Numbered from the stretch's first letter, positions 48,072 through 58,163 are shown. The stretch is DNA of 64,000 bases from Planctomycetota bacterium (GCA_030602705.1 JAUVZF010000008.1:436-64435), one strand, 5' to 3'. Program-made: numbers and translations. Notes: generated by a model from the letters alone, not told the origin.

Positions 48072-48185
48072 GGCTCATCTCCTTACCCGACGCCGAGGAA
48101 CGGTGCGCCTCCATTATACGAAACCCGGCCGGTCAGCGGGGGTTCCGTTTTCGTCGGCAGAGGGTGCGCAGGCGGCGGTAAAGAA

Positions 48186-48259
48186 TGGCTGCCCCCCAGG
48201 GATTCGAACCCCGACTAAGCGGTCCAGAGCCGCGCGTGCTACCATTACACCAGGGGGCA
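48186..48259 (-). tRNA. tRNA-Gln(CTG)
   Basis: TGCCCCC/GGGGGCA acceptor stem, TGGTGTAATGGTAGCAC D-arm, CT-CTG-GA loop, GTTCGAATC, encoded CCA. Confidence 0.95.
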
Positions 48260-48484
48260 GCCCGAATGCAAAAGGGCCCCAACCCCGCCCTTGGCCTCCG
48301 GACCGACATGCCGTAGTATACGCACACACGCCCCGGAATCAAGGCATTAGTGAGGGCGCCATTGCCGGAACCGCTCATGCTGGTACAATACGCGAGAACC
48401 GCCCCCTGCGGTCGAAACCGGCCATGGCGCAGGCTGCCCTGAACGCGTCCACAGGAGGCAAGCAGGGAAGGGCAGGTGACGGGA

Positions 48485-49444
48485 ATGAACAGAGCAGTCA
48501 ATCGCCGGGATTTTCTCAAAGGGACGCTCGCGGCTGCGGGGGCGGGCGCCATGGCGCTGAGTCTGGAAGAGCAGGCGCTGTTGGCCGGGACTGCCTCCAT
48601 GCCGTCCGGGCCGGCGTCGCAGAAATCGGCCGACCTGCTGCCCACGGGCAAGATCGGTAACCGGAAGGTCACGCGGTTGATCTGCGGCGGGAACCTCATC
48701 AGCGGTTTCGCCCACAGCAGGGACCTCATCTACGTCTCGTCCATGCTCCGGCACTACTTCACCGATGAGAAGATCTGGGAGACGCTTCACCTGTGCGAGG
48801 AGTTCGGCATCAACACCGCTCTGCTCCGGACCGACGACCACGTGATGAAGATTCTGGACACCTACTGGAACAAGCGAGGCGGCAAGATCCAGTGGTTGGC
48901 CCAGGTGTATCCGAAGGAAGGCGACACCCGCACCAACATCAAGAAGGCCGTCGACGCCGGGGCAATCGCCTGTTACATCCAAGGGAACATCGGCGACCGG
49001 TGGGTGAAGGACGGCCGCGTTGACCTCATCGAAAAGGCGCTCGGGACCATCAAGGACGCCGGCGTGCCGGCCGGGGTGGGCGGCCATTCGCTCAGCGTGC
49101 CGATGGCGATCGAAGCGGCGGGGCTGGAACCCGATTTCTACATGAAGACGCTCCACCGGTCGGACTACTGGTCGTATAGCAAAGAAGGCAAGCACGACAA
49201 CAGTTGGTGCGAAGCGCCGCAGGAGACCATCAAGTTCATGGCCGAGGTGAAGCGGCCGTGGATCGCCTTCAAGGTTCTGGCCGCCGGCGCGATTCACCCG
49301 CGAGTCGGTTTCCGGTACGTCTTTGAGAACGGCGCGGATTTCGCCTGCGCGGGGATGTTCGATTTCCAAATCCGCGAAGACGCCGCCATCGCAAAAAAGA
49401 TCCTGTCCGGCAACCTGAAACGGGAGCGGCCGTGGCAGGCGTAG
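48485..49444 (+). CDS. Tat-exported protein, TIM-barrel/aldo-keto-reductase-like
   Basis: NRRDFLK Tat motif; TRLICGGN, WIAFKVLAAGAI, GADF..GMFDFQ. Confidence 0.75.
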   Translation: MNRAVNRRDFLKGTLAAAGAGAMALSLEEQALLAGTASMPSGPASQKSADLLPTGKIGNRKVTRLICGGNLISGFAHSRDLIYVSSMLRHYFTDEKIWETLHLCEEFGINTALLRTDDHVMKILDTYWNKRGGKIQWLAQVYPKEGDTRTNIKKAVDAGAIACYIQGNIGDRWVKDGRVDLIEKALGTIKDAGVPAGVGGHSLSVPMAIEAAGLEPDFYMKTLHRSDYWSYSKEGKHDNSWCEAPQETIKFMAEVKRPWIAFKVLAAGAIHPRVGFRYVFENGADFACAGMFDFQIREDAAIAKKILSGNLKRERPWQA

Positions 49445-49593
49445 CGGCCCGAAACGCCGGCGCCGATGAATCCGACGCCCAGCCGCTCGGCCGCGCCACG
49501 GCCGACGCGGCTGACGCTGAAGGCGGCTGCGGCTGCGGCGCCCTGGATGAACCGGCGACGCGTCGCGCGGAATGAACGCTGGTCACTCGACAT
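49445..49593 (-). pseudogene. N-terminal fragment of a Tat-exported Gfo/Idh/MocA oxidoreductase
   Basis: AGGAG RBS, TRRRFIQ Tat motif, ERLGVGFIGAG Rossmann start, then runs into the antisense of the convergent gene. Confidence 0.65.
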
Positions 49594-49641
49594 GGCCTGA
49601 ACTCCTTTCTGACCTTTCTGGACGAACCCGTCTCGTGGCGG

Positions 49642-50589
49642 CTACGGCTTCGCCGCCAGAGCGACCCACCGGCGGTAGATCTTCTCGATCTCCTCGGCGC
49701 TCGTCTTGCCGTCCCACAGGGCCACGCCGTAGGTCAGGCTGAGGGTCTGGCCGGCCCGGAGGGTCATCGGCTGGCGGTGGAGGTTCAACGTGGCCGACAG
49801 GTACGCGAACGGGGCGGTCATGGTGAACCACGTCGCCGGGTGCCGCGGGTTATCGGGATGGTCGAACATGGCCACCGTGACCTGCTTGCCGTCGATCGCC
49901 GCATGGTAGGCGCACCAGTCGGCGCGGACGAGTTTCTCGGTGCCGCGGACGGTCTCGCCACCCTTGCCGGTGGGGTTGACGAACGTGCCCTTGTCCATAG
50001 CCCGCACCGGCCGCAGACCCAGGCCGAAGTAATGCCGCGAGGGGGCAAGTTTCACCGCATCCTTACCTTCGGCAGGGCGAAGGCGGCTCGACCACGTCAG
50101 CAGCGTCGCCTGGACGCCCTTTGGGTCATCGAGGGCGATCCGGCGGCGTTCCTCGAGGACCGGCTTGCCGTCGGAGCCGGTCCAGTCGAGCACGTGCTCG
50201 ATGGTCGCTCGCCGGCGGCCGCCGTCTTCGGTCACGCTCACGGCGGCATCGGAGCGCGGCACCTGCTTGCCCACTTTGTTCTTTGGCGCGTCGGCCCAGA
50301 AGTCCACGCCGTCGGCGGCGATGGCGTACATCAGGGCGTGATGGTGGATGTGGTCGTGCGGCGAATCGAGCAGCACCTGGAGGCCGCCCGGCGTGTAGAG
50401 TTCCTTCACGTACACCTTAAACGGTCCCGGCGTGCGGCGATAGACCAGCAGCGTCCGGTCGCCGACCTTGATGGAGATGGTGTCCTTGTCTTCGGCGCAC
50501 CGCATCTCCTGGGCCGGAGCGACCGCCGACGTGGCCAACACGGCTACCGCGATCGCGCCAAGCGTTAAGGCACGGGGCTTGCTCTGCAT
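49642..50589 (-). CDS. DUF6807 / PmoA-like secreted protein
   Basis: Signal peptide; SPHDHIHHHALM, VDFW, YFGLGLR, MFDHPDNPRHPATWF. Confidence 0.78.
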   Translation of the reverse strand: MQSKPRALTLGAIAVAVLATSAVAPAQEMRCAEDKDTISIKVGDRTLLVYRRTPGPFKVYVKELYTPGGLQVLLDSPHDHIHHHALMYAIAADGVDFWADAPKNKVGKQVPRSDAAVSVTEDGGRRRATIEHVLDWTGSDGKPVLEERRRIALDDPKGVQATLLTWSSRLRPAEGKDAVKLAPSRHYFGLGLRPVRAMDKGTFVNPTGKGGETVRGTEKLVRADWCAYHAAIDGKQVTVAMFDHPDNPRHPATWFTMTAPFAYLSATLNLHRQPMTLRAGQTLSLTYGVALWDGKTSAEEIEKIYRRWVALAAKP

Positions 50590-50932
50590 GACGGTTCCTT
50601 TCTCTGCCGTTCACCACACTGGCCCGCGCGGGTGCTTGATTCTGCTCTCGGTCCGCGCCGCCGCGCTCAGATTCGCCGCCGCGACCTTTGCCGGCCGGCC
50701 CGCATGAGTATACCACCGAGAGCAGCGCCGGCAAGCCAACGTTGCAGGTGGGTGCGTTAGCGTTTTGGATGTCGGCGTCAAGGCGGCTTGCGCGGCCCGT
50801 ACGGGCCGCGCGAAGTGGCGGCTGACCATGCCGGCCAACTTTACCACCAAAACGTTAATGCGGCGCTCTGGCCGGTTCTTGTTGCAAAACCTGCCTCGTG
50901 CGCGTAGGCTGTACCCCGACCGTGGAGACAGC

Positions 50933-51832
50933 ATGACCCTCTTGCGGCGTCACCTCGTAGCCATCATCCTCTTCCCGCTGAGTATCATCCTGGTCTCGCT
51001 GCCGCTTCTGGTGGCGTTCGTCTTGTATGCGGAATCGCCGTCCATCCCGCCGGCCGCCGTCCTGGTGCTGCCGTTTGTGACGTCAGCAGCGCTGGCGCTG
51101 CTCCTGGGTCTGTGCCTGTACCGCCGCGACGCCCGCGCCTGGTCCGAGTGGTCGGCGCTGGCGCCGGTTCTCGGAGCGGCCTTCGTCCTGACGATGTACT
51201 GGAACTGTATCGTCGGCAACCTCTGCTGGGGACCGCGAGGGGTCCTTGCCTCGCCGGTCACGACGGGGCCCGCCGTCCTGGCGGGCGTCTGGGCGGTCAC
51301 CATCGCGCTGGTGTGCGGAGCGGCGGCGTGCATCTGGATGAGCCGGGCCGAGAGCGGCGGCCGGGCCGCCGGCATCGGGCGCGAGGTGGCCACGGTGGCG
51401 CTGCTGACGGCCCTGTGCCCCTGGCCGCGCCTGCTCGGCGTGGAGGTCGCCGAGTCGATGGGCTGGGGCTTCGGCCCGACCTTCAAGGCCACTCTGGCCG
51501 ACACGCATCTGCGCCTTGCGGCCGAGGGCGCCTTCGCCATCGGCGGGATCCTGGTCCCCTGCCTTCTCGTCCTGCTGCTGTTCTGGCACGGAACAGACCT
51601 GGGCGGCCGCGCGAGGGCCCTCGCTCTCGTGAGCGTGTGGATCCTCGTCAACGACTGGCTGGGCCATCTCTATCGTTACATGGTGGAGTTCGAGCGTTAC
51701 AACTGGGTGCAGGCCCTCGTGTTCGGCACGATTGCGGGCATGGCCGCGCTTGGCTACGTGCGACTTGTGGTCGTGCCACTTTGGCGCCGCGCCCGCCGCG
51801 CAGCCCCGACGGAGGCGGCTACCGGGCCGTAA
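50933..51832 (+). CDS. Hypothetical multi-pass membrane protein
   Basis: GGAG RBS; about 8 hydrophobic segments. Confidence 0.65.
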   Translation: MTLLRRHLVAIILFPLSIILVSLPLLVAFVLYAESPSIPPAAVLVLPFVTSAALALLLGLCLYRRDARAWSEWSALAPVLGAAFVLTMYWNCIVGNLCWGPRGVLASPVTTGPAVLAGVWAVTIALVCGAAACIWMSRAESGGRAAGIGREVATVALLTALCPWPRLLGVEVAESMGWGFGPTFKATLADTHLRLAAEGAFAIGGILVPCLLVLLLFWHGTDLGGRARALALVSVWILVNDWLGHLYRYMVEFERYNWVQALVFGTIAGMAALGYVRLVVVPLWRRARRAAPTEAATGP

Positions 51833-51904
51833 CCGCGACCCAGTCCACGGGTTTGAAGGAGTGTCGCCACATCCGACAGACGGCGACAGGGAAAGGAGAC
51901 TCTC

Positions 51905-53626
51905 ATGCACAGGATCACCCTTACGCTGGCACTGGTAGCACTGATCGCAGCAGGCTGTACCGTGGGCACACACGGCCGGCAGGAGGTCCGGCGCCTGCCC
52001 GTCACCGAATACGTCAGCAAGATGAAGGCGGGCTGGATCGGCCAGATGGCCGGCGTCGGATGGGGCGCACCGACGGAGTTCAAGTTCAAGGGCAAGATCA
52101 TCCCGGAAGACCGCATGCCGAAGTGGAAGCCCGGCACGATCAACCAGTTTCGCCAGGACGACATCTACGTTGAGATGACGTTCCTGCGGACGCTGGAGGT
52201 GTACGGTCTGGACTGCTCCATCCGCCAGGCGGGCATCGACTTCGCCAAGTCCGGCTACCGATTGTGGCACGCCAACAACGCCGGGCGAACCAACCTGCGA
52301 AAAGGCATCGCACCCCCCGACTCGGGCCACCCCCAGTTCAACAAGCACGCCGACGACATCGATTACCAGATCGAGGCCGATTACGCCGGCCTCATCGCGC
52401 CCGGCATGCCGAACCTCGTCATCCGGTTGGGCGAAAAGTTCGGCCGCCTCATGAACTACGGCGACGGCGTCTATGCCGGCCAGTTCGTCGGCGGCATGTA
52501 CGCCGAGGCGTTCTTCGAGAACGACATGGTCAAGATCGTCGAGGCGGGCCTGAGGTGCATCCCCCCCCAAAGCCAGTACGCCGAGTGCATCCGCGACGTC
52601 CTGAAATGGTACCAGGCCAATCCCGATGACTGGCCCAAGACCTGGAACCTCATCGAGGAGAAGTACCACAAGAACCCGGCGTACACGCACGGCCTGTGCT
52701 CGAAGCCCGGCGGCGAGGGAGCCTTCAGCATCGACGCCAAACTCAACGGCGCCTACATCATCATGGGACTGCTCTACGGCAAGGGCGACCCCGACCAGAC
52801 CATCATCATCTCGACCCGTTGCGGCCAGGACTCCGACTGCAACCCCTCCAACGCCGGCGGCGTTCTCTTCACCACGATGGGGTTCGAGAAGATACCCGAC
52901 CGGTTCAAGTCGGCCCTGGACCCGGAGGGCAAGTTCAGCCACACGCCGTACAACTTCCCCGCGCTCATCGAGGTCTCGAAGAAACTCGTCCGCCAGGCCG
53001 TCGAGAAGGCCGGCGGCAAGATCGAGATCGACAACACGGGCCAAGAGGTCTTCGTCATCCCCGTCACCGAACCCAAGCCCACCAAACTGGAGCACGTCGG
53101 CAAGCCCGGCCCAATCGCCAACTCGAAGTTCACCGACGAGGAGATGGAGCGGATCAAGGCGCCTGCCCCTAGCGGCGGCAAGAGCGCGGCGAAGATCGAC
53201 ATCTCGAAGGCCGTGGCGACGGTCGCACCCGGATGGAAGGTCGCCAACTGCGGCGCCGACATGGACCCCGGCCTGCGGCGGGAATGGGGCGGCAGAAAGA
53301 ACGTCCTCGTCACACACCCCCTCAGCCGGACCACCGGATGCACACTCTCAAAGAAGGTCGAGGTCCCCGCCGGCAAAAAGACGCACCTGCGTCTGGTCGT
53401 CGCCCACGACCCGCGCGGCGACTGGACACTCATCGTCAAGGCCGGCGGGGTGCAACTCGCCAGGCAGAAGATCAGCAAGAGCACCGCCAAGGACGGCTGG
53501 ACCGACGTGACGGTAAACCTCTCGCCCATGGCCGGCAAGACCGTCAACCTCGAACTCCTGAACCAGGCCGACGGCTGGTTGTGGGAGGCCGGCTTCTGGG
53601 CCGAGATCCGGATCGCCAGCGAATAA
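51905..53626 (+). CDS. ADP-ribosylglycohydrolase-family lipoprotein with a C-terminal beta domain
   Basis: AAGC lipobox; GWIGQMAGVGWGAPTEF, QDDIY, DDIDYQIEAD, GQDSDCN. Confidence 0.82.
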   Translation: MHRITLTLALVALIAAGCTVGTHGRQEVRRLPVTEYVSKMKAGWIGQMAGVGWGAPTEFKFKGKIIPEDRMPKWKPGTINQFRQDDIYVEMTFLRTLEVYGLDCSIRQAGIDFAKSGYRLWHANNAGRTNLRKGIAPPDSGHPQFNKHADDIDYQIEADYAGLIAPGMPNLVIRLGEKFGRLMNYGDGVYAGQFVGGMYAEAFFENDMVKIVEAGLRCIPPQSQYAECIRDVLKWYQANPDDWPKTWNLIEEKYHKNPAYTHGLCSKPGGEGAFSIDAKLNGAYIIMGLLYGKGDPDQTIIISTRCGQDSDCNPSNAGGVLFTTMGFEKIPDRFKSALDPEGKFSHTPYNFPALIEVSKKLVRQAVEKAGGKIEIDNTGQEVFVIPVTEPKPTKLEHVGKPGPIANSKFTDEEMERIKAPAPSGGKSAAKIDISKAVATVAPGWKVANCGADMDPGLRREWGGRKNVLVTHPLSRTTGCTLSKKVEVPAGKKTHLRLVVAHDPRGDWTLIVKAGGVQLARQKISKSTAKDGWTDVTVNLSPMAGKTVNLELLNQADGWLWEAGFWAEIRIASE

Positions 53627-53654
53627 CGCTCCGAACACACCCAACCGGCAAGAG

Positions 53655-53770
53655 GATGGTGGTGATGCGACTCAGCCTGGCCGTGGTGCTCGCACTCCTT
53701 GCGGCCGCCGCTTCCGTGTCGTGGTGCGCGGAAGAAGCAGGCGGGGCCAAGTCAAAACCCCGGGGCGGCC
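53655..53770 (+). pseudogene. Orphan signal-peptide gene start
   Basis: AGAGG then MVVMRLSLAVVLALLAAAASVSWCAEE; composition changes abruptly after ~53770. Confidence 0.4.
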
Positions 53771-53958
53771 CGCTTGACACGCGAGGCCCTCCGCTTGAAT
53801 GTTCTGGAAAACATGCTTGCTACAACAGCAGCGAGGGCGGTATGTTGCACCCTAAAATTAAGTTTGGATGTTCCGCGCTGGGCACGCCCGCCCGGCTTGC
53901 AGAGCATCCGAGGCCCTAAAAGGGCCTGAACGGTTACCTTTTATGAAAGGACGATCCG

Positions 53959-55227
53959 GTGCGCCGAATCACAAAGATGCTTCTTGCGGTGACCTTCTTC
54001 GTGTTACTCCTGGGGTCCACGGCCGAGGCCGACCCAAAGGTCCGGCGCCTGCCCGTCACCGAATACGTCAGCAAGATGAAGGCGGGCTGGATCGGCCAGA
54101 TGGCCGGCGTCGGATGGGGCGGCCCCACGGAGTGGAAGAAGCGCGGGGAGATCTTCCCCGAGAACCAGGTGCCCGTGTGGAAGCCCGGCTTGATCAACCA
54201 GTTCGAGCAGGACGACATCTACGTGGAGATGACGTTCCTGCGGACGCTTGAGGTTCACGGCCTGGACGTTTCGATCCGCCAGGCGGGAATCGACTTCGCC
54301 AATTCCGGGTACCGCCTCCACTGTGCGAACAACGCCGGCCGGATGAACCTCCGCCGCGGCATCGCGCCGCCCGATTCGAGCCACCCCCGGTTCAACAAGC
54401 ACGCCGACGACATCGATTACCAGATCGAGGCCGACTATTCGGGTCTCATCGCGCCGGGCATGCCCAACCTCCCGATCGAACTGGGCGAGAAGTTCGGGCG
54501 GCTGATGAACTACGGCGACGCCATGTACGCCGGGCAGTTCGTCGGCGGCATGTACGCCGAGGCGTTCTTCACCGACGACATGGTGAAGATCGTCGAGGCG
54601 GGCCTGCGGTGCATCCCCAAAGAAAGCCAATACGCCGAGATGGTCCGCGACATGCTTCGCTGGCAGGAGAAGAACCCCGACGACTGGCAAAAGACCTGGC
54701 AGTGGATCGAGGAGAAGTATCACAAGAACCCGAAGTACCAGCACGGCCTGTGCCACCTTACGAAGCCCGGCGGCAAGGGCGGCCAAAAGAACATCGACGC
54801 CAAACTCAACGGGGCCTACATCCTCATGGGCCTCTTCTACGGCAAGGGCGACCCCGACCGGACCATCGTCATCTCGATCCGTTGCGGGCAGGACTCCGAC
54901 TGCAACCCGTCCAACGCCGGCGGCATTCTATTCACCACCATGGGGTTCGAGAAGATACCCGACCGATTCAAGTCGGCCCTGGACCCGAAGGGCAAGTTCA
55001 GCCACTCGCCGTACGACTTTCCCACGTTGATCGAGGTCTCGAAGAAACTCGTCCGCCAGGCCGTTGAGAAGATGGGCGGCAAGGTCGAGACGGCGGGCGG
55101 CCGAGAGGTCTTCGTCATCCCGGTCAAGAAGCCGAAGCCAAGCGCCGTCATGAAGAGCTACGACCCCGGTCCGATCGCGAACTCGAAGTTCACTGACGAG
55201 GAGATGGAGCGGATCAAGGCACCTTGA
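53959..55227 (+). CDS. ADP-ribosylglycohydrolase-family paralog 2, C-terminally truncated
   Basis: Highly similar to 51905-53626 up to EEMERIKAP; the stop TGA comes from foreign sequence. Confidence 0.82.
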   Translation: MRRITKMLLAVTFFVLLLGSTAEADPKVRRLPVTEYVSKMKAGWIGQMAGVGWGGPTEWKKRGEIFPENQVPVWKPGLINQFEQDDIYVEMTFLRTLEVHGLDVSIRQAGIDFANSGYRLHCANNAGRMNLRRGIAPPDSSHPRFNKHADDIDYQIEADYSGLIAPGMPNLPIELGEKFGRLMNYGDAMYAGQFVGGMYAEAFFTDDMVKIVEAGLRCIPKESQYAEMVRDMLRWQEKNPDDWQKTWQWIEEKYHKNPKYQHGLCHLTKPGGKGGQKNIDAKLNGAYILMGLFYGKGDPDRTIVISIRCGQDSDCNPSNAGGILFTTMGFEKIPDRFKSALDPKGKFSHSPYDFPTLIEVSKKLVRQAVEKMGGKVETAGGREVFVIPVKKPKPSAVMKSYDPGPIANSKFTDEEMERIKAP

Positions 55228-55346
55228 CCTTGTACCCATTGACTGAACAGTTGAAGCGGTGCGTTAAGGTGTAACCGTCTCCAACAGGCCCAGCGTTGCT
55301 GCTGCGGAGGGAGCCCGAAGGGCGACCGGAGCGGCAGCAACGCTCA
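55225..55346 (+). mobile_element. Possible IS3-like end remnant
   Basis: Starts TGACCTTGTACCCATTGACTGAACAG; long hairpin around GAGGGAGCCCGAAGGGCGACCGGAG; replaces ~160 bp present in paralog 1. Confidence 0.4.
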
Positions 55347-55652
55347 CGGCGCCGGACCACCGGATGCACCCTTTCCAGGAAGGCCGAGGTCCCCGCCGGC
55401 AAAAAGACGCACCTGCGTCTGGTCGTCGCCCACGACCCGCGCGGCGACTGGACACTCATCGTCAAGGCCGGCGGGGTGCAACTCGCCAGGCAGAAGATCA
55501 GCAAAAGCACCGCCAAGGACGGCTGGCTCAACGTGGACGTCGACCTCTCGTCCCTGGCCGGCAAGACGGTAAACCTCGAACTCATCAACCAGGCGGACGC
55601 TTGGTCGTGGGAGGCCGGCTACTGGGCTGAAATCGCCGTCGAGAGCAAGTAG
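55347..55652 (+). pseudogene. Detached C-terminal domain of ARH paralog 2
   Basis: RTTGCTLSRKAEVPAGKKTHLRL..AGYWAEI matches 53325-53626. Confidence 0.8.
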
Positions 55653-55706
55653 CCGCCCGCTGGACAGCACACAAACGGCCTGTCACAAAGCGGAAAGGAG
55701 AACACC

Positions 55707-58163
55707 GTGCGATACGTATGCGTCCTGCTGGCTCTAAGCCTCGGAGCGGCAGCCGTCTGCTCAGCCGCCCTTGCCGGGGCATCCGCGCTCGCCGGCGAGG
55801 CCCCCGCCGAGGCGGGGTTCAAGGAAGGGCCGATCATGCTGGCCCCGTCCGACCCCGCCCGCCGGCCCGTCTGGCGCGGGTGGCTCGCCGAGTGGCGCGA
55901 GCGCACGCGCCACGGACTCGCCTATGACGATTCGCTTTACGAGAAGGAGGCCTTCCGCTGGGCCGCCTCCTGCTATACCTGCTGCTTCGCCATGATGGGC
56001 GACCTCGAGTTCTACGACCCGGAGGCCGGCCGGTACACGCCGGAGGAGTTCGTGGCGTCGGGCGAGCGCGGCTTCGGCGGCTACGACGCCCTCGTCCTCT
56101 GGCACGCCTACCCGCGCATCGGCTTCGACGACCGGAACCAGTTCGACTTCTACCGCGACATGCCGGGCGGCCTGGACGGGCTTCGCGACCTCGGCCGGCG
56201 CCTCCGGGAGCGCGGCGTCCGCGTCTTCATCGACTACAACCCGTGGGATACCGGCACCCGCCGCGAGGGCACGAGCGACGTCGACGCCCTGGCCGCCTTG
56301 GTCGCCGCCATCGAGGCCGACGGCATCTTCCTCGACACGCTGCACCACGGCAGCAAGGACCTGAGGCCGCGGCTCGACGCCGTCCGCCGGGGCGTGGTCC
56401 TGGAGTCGGAACTCGACATGCCCGTCCGCGAGATCGCACGCCATCACATGTCGTGGGCCCAGGGGTTCAAGGACAGCCCCGTCCCGGGCGTCCTGCGGAA
56501 CAAGTGGTTCGAACGCCGCCACATGCAGCACCAGACTCGCCGATGGCAGCACGACCACACGGGCGAACTCCACTCGGCCTGGATGAACGGCAGCGGCATG
56601 ATGGTGTGGGAGAACGTCTTCGGCACGTGGGTCGGCTGGAACGGGCGCGACCGCTCCATCCTCCGAACGATGGTGCCCATCCAGCGGCACTACGCCCGCG
56701 TCTTCGTCGGCGAGAAGTGGACGCCCCTCGTCCCCACCGAGGCTGAGGACGTCTACGCCAGCCGGTGGGAGCGCGAGGCCTTGAGGCTCTGGACCCTCGT
56801 CAACCGCGCCGGCGAGCCGCGCGACGGCACCCTGCTGGAGGTGAGGCACGAGCCGGGCACGCGCTACGCCGACCTGGTCCGCGGCGTGGAGATTGAGCCG
56901 GAGTCGCGGGACGGCCGCGCGAGGCTCGCGGGTACCATCGCTCCGCGCGGCATCGGCTGCTTCCTAGCCGCGCGGCCGGATGCGCTTGATGAGGACTTCG
57001 CCGGCTTCCTCCGCGAGCAGCGCCGGACCCACGCCCGCCGCCACTTCTCCACCACGTTCCCGAAGCGGCAGGAGAGGCTCCGGCCCGTCCGGCCCACCAA
57101 GCCCTACGCCCCTGCCGACCTGCCTGAGGGCATGATCGCCATCTCCGGCGGCGAGGTCCGCATCGAGGTCACGTTCCGCAAGCGCGAGTGCGGCACGTAC
57201 GCGGCGCCGCTCAAGCGCACGGTCACCCTCTCGCCGTACGCCATCGACGCGGTGCCCGTCACGAACCGGCAGTTCGCCGCCTTCCTGGAGGCCGCCGGCT
57301 ACGAGCCGCGGCACAAGAAGAACTTCCTGAAGCACTGGGTCGACGGCCGGCCGCCGCCCGGCCGGGAGGACCACCCCGTGGTTTACGTCGACTTGGCCGA
57401 CGCCCGGGCCTACGCACGCTGGGCCGGCAAGCGGCTGCCCACTGAGGACGAGTGGCAGCACGCCGCCCAGGGGCCTGAGCGATGGAAGTATCCGTGGGGC
57501 GACGAACTCGACCCCCAGCGGTGCAACCACGGCCAGACGGACGGGACTACGCCGGTCCGGGCCTTCCCGAAGGGCCGCTCTCCATTCGGCTGCTGGGATA
57601 TGTGCGGCAACACGTGGGAATGGACCGAGAGCGAACGCTCCGACGGCCGGACGCGGTTCTGCATTCTCAGGGGCGGCTCTTGGTACAAGGCGAAAGGCTC
57701 GCGCTGGTACGCCGACGGCGGCCCGCAGCCGACACACCGCGCGGCCAAGTTCCTGATGATGTGGCCGGGCCTGGACCGCTGCGCGACGATCGGCTTCCGC
57801 TGCACCTTGGATATGGCGGCGGCGCCGGATCACCGGATGCACCCTTTCCAGAAAGGCCGAGGTCCCCGCCGGCAAAAAGACGCACCTGCACCTGGTCGTC
57901 GCCCACGACCCGCGCGGCGACTGGACGCTCATCGTCAAGGCCGACGGGGTGCAGCTCGCAGTCAGTCAGTGGGCAGCGTGGGGCGATTCAAATCGCTATC
58001 AGTCTTACGAATTTCGCGACTCTCGCGGCAGGTCCTTGACAGTCTCTACGGCCTCACGGTAAGATCATGGGCAGCGTGGGGCGATTCAAATCGCTATCAG
58101 TTACCCCGGGCTTCGCAGTGGAACGCCTTCGGCGTAGCGCACGGCGTGGTAGGTCGAAAATGA
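55707..58163 (+). CDS. Secreted protein with a TIM-barrel-like N-terminus and an FGE-sulfatase (SUMF1) C-terminal domain; tail after ~57820 is repeat-derived
   Basis: HPVVYV, KRLPTEDEWQHAA, YPWG, DMCGNTWEWT, RGGS, IGFRC. Confidence 0.82.
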   Translation: MRYVCVLLALSLGAAAVCSAALAGASALAGEAPAEAGFKEGPIMLAPSDPARRPVWRGWLAEWRERTRHGLAYDDSLYEKEAFRWAASCYTCCFAMMGDLEFYDPEAGRYTPEEFVASGERGFGGYDALVLWHAYPRIGFDDRNQFDFYRDMPGGLDGLRDLGRRLRERGVRVFIDYNPWDTGTRREGTSDVDALAALVAAIEADGIFLDTLHHGSKDLRPRLDAVRRGVVLESELDMPVREIARHHMSWAQGFKDSPVPGVLRNKWFERRHMQHQTRRWQHDHTGELHSAWMNGSGMMVWENVFGTWVGWNGRDRSILRTMVPIQRHYARVFVGEKWTPLVPTEAEDVYASRWEREALRLWTLVNRAGEPRDGTLLEVRHEPGTRYADLVRGVEIEPESRDGRARLAGTIAPRGIGCFLAARPDALDEDFAGFLREQRRTHARRHFSTTFPKRQERLRPVRPTKPYAPADLPEGMIAISGGEVRIEVTFRKRECGTYAAPLKRTVTLSPYAIDAVPVTNRQFAAFLEAAGYEPRHKKNFLKHWVDGRPPPGREDHPVVYVDLADARAYARWAGKRLPTEDEWQHAAQGPERWKYPWGDELDPQRCNHGQTDGTTPVRAFPKGRSPFGCWDMCGNTWEWTESERSDGRTRFCILRGGSWYKAKGSRWYADGGPQPTHRAAKFLMMWPGLDRCATIGFRCTLDMAAAPDHRMHPFQKGRGPRRQKDAPAPGRRPRPARRLDAHRQGRRGAARSQSVGSVGRFKSLSVLRISRLSRQVLDSLYGLTVRSWAAWGDSNRYQLPRASQWNAFGVAHGVVGRK
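57820..57959 (+). repeat. Third, partial copy of the ARH C-terminal segment
   Basis: ~140-bp near-identical direct repeat of 55347-55486. Confidence 0.88.
57970..58101 (+). repeat. 34-bp direct repeat x2 around a promoter-like spacer
   Basis: TGGGCAGCGTGGGGCGATTCAAATCGCTATCAGT at 57970 and 58068. Confidence 0.9.

Noticed and set aside
48100-48480. Island integrated at tRNA-Gln
   Set aside because: No duplicated tRNA 3' end or integrase was seen in the window.
49642-50589. Particulate methane monooxygenase
   Set aside because: Soluble secreted protein with no TM helices and no pmoB/pmoC; the PmoA label of this family is misleading.
57600-57959. Diversity-generating retroelement targeting the FGE domain
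   Set aside because: No reverse transcriptase, no template copy of the RGGS..GFRC region, and the nearby duplication is ARH-derived without adenine-specific differences.
57970-58101. Mini-CRISPR
   Set aside because: Only two repeats, a 64-bp promoter-like spacer, and no cas genes or leader in the window.
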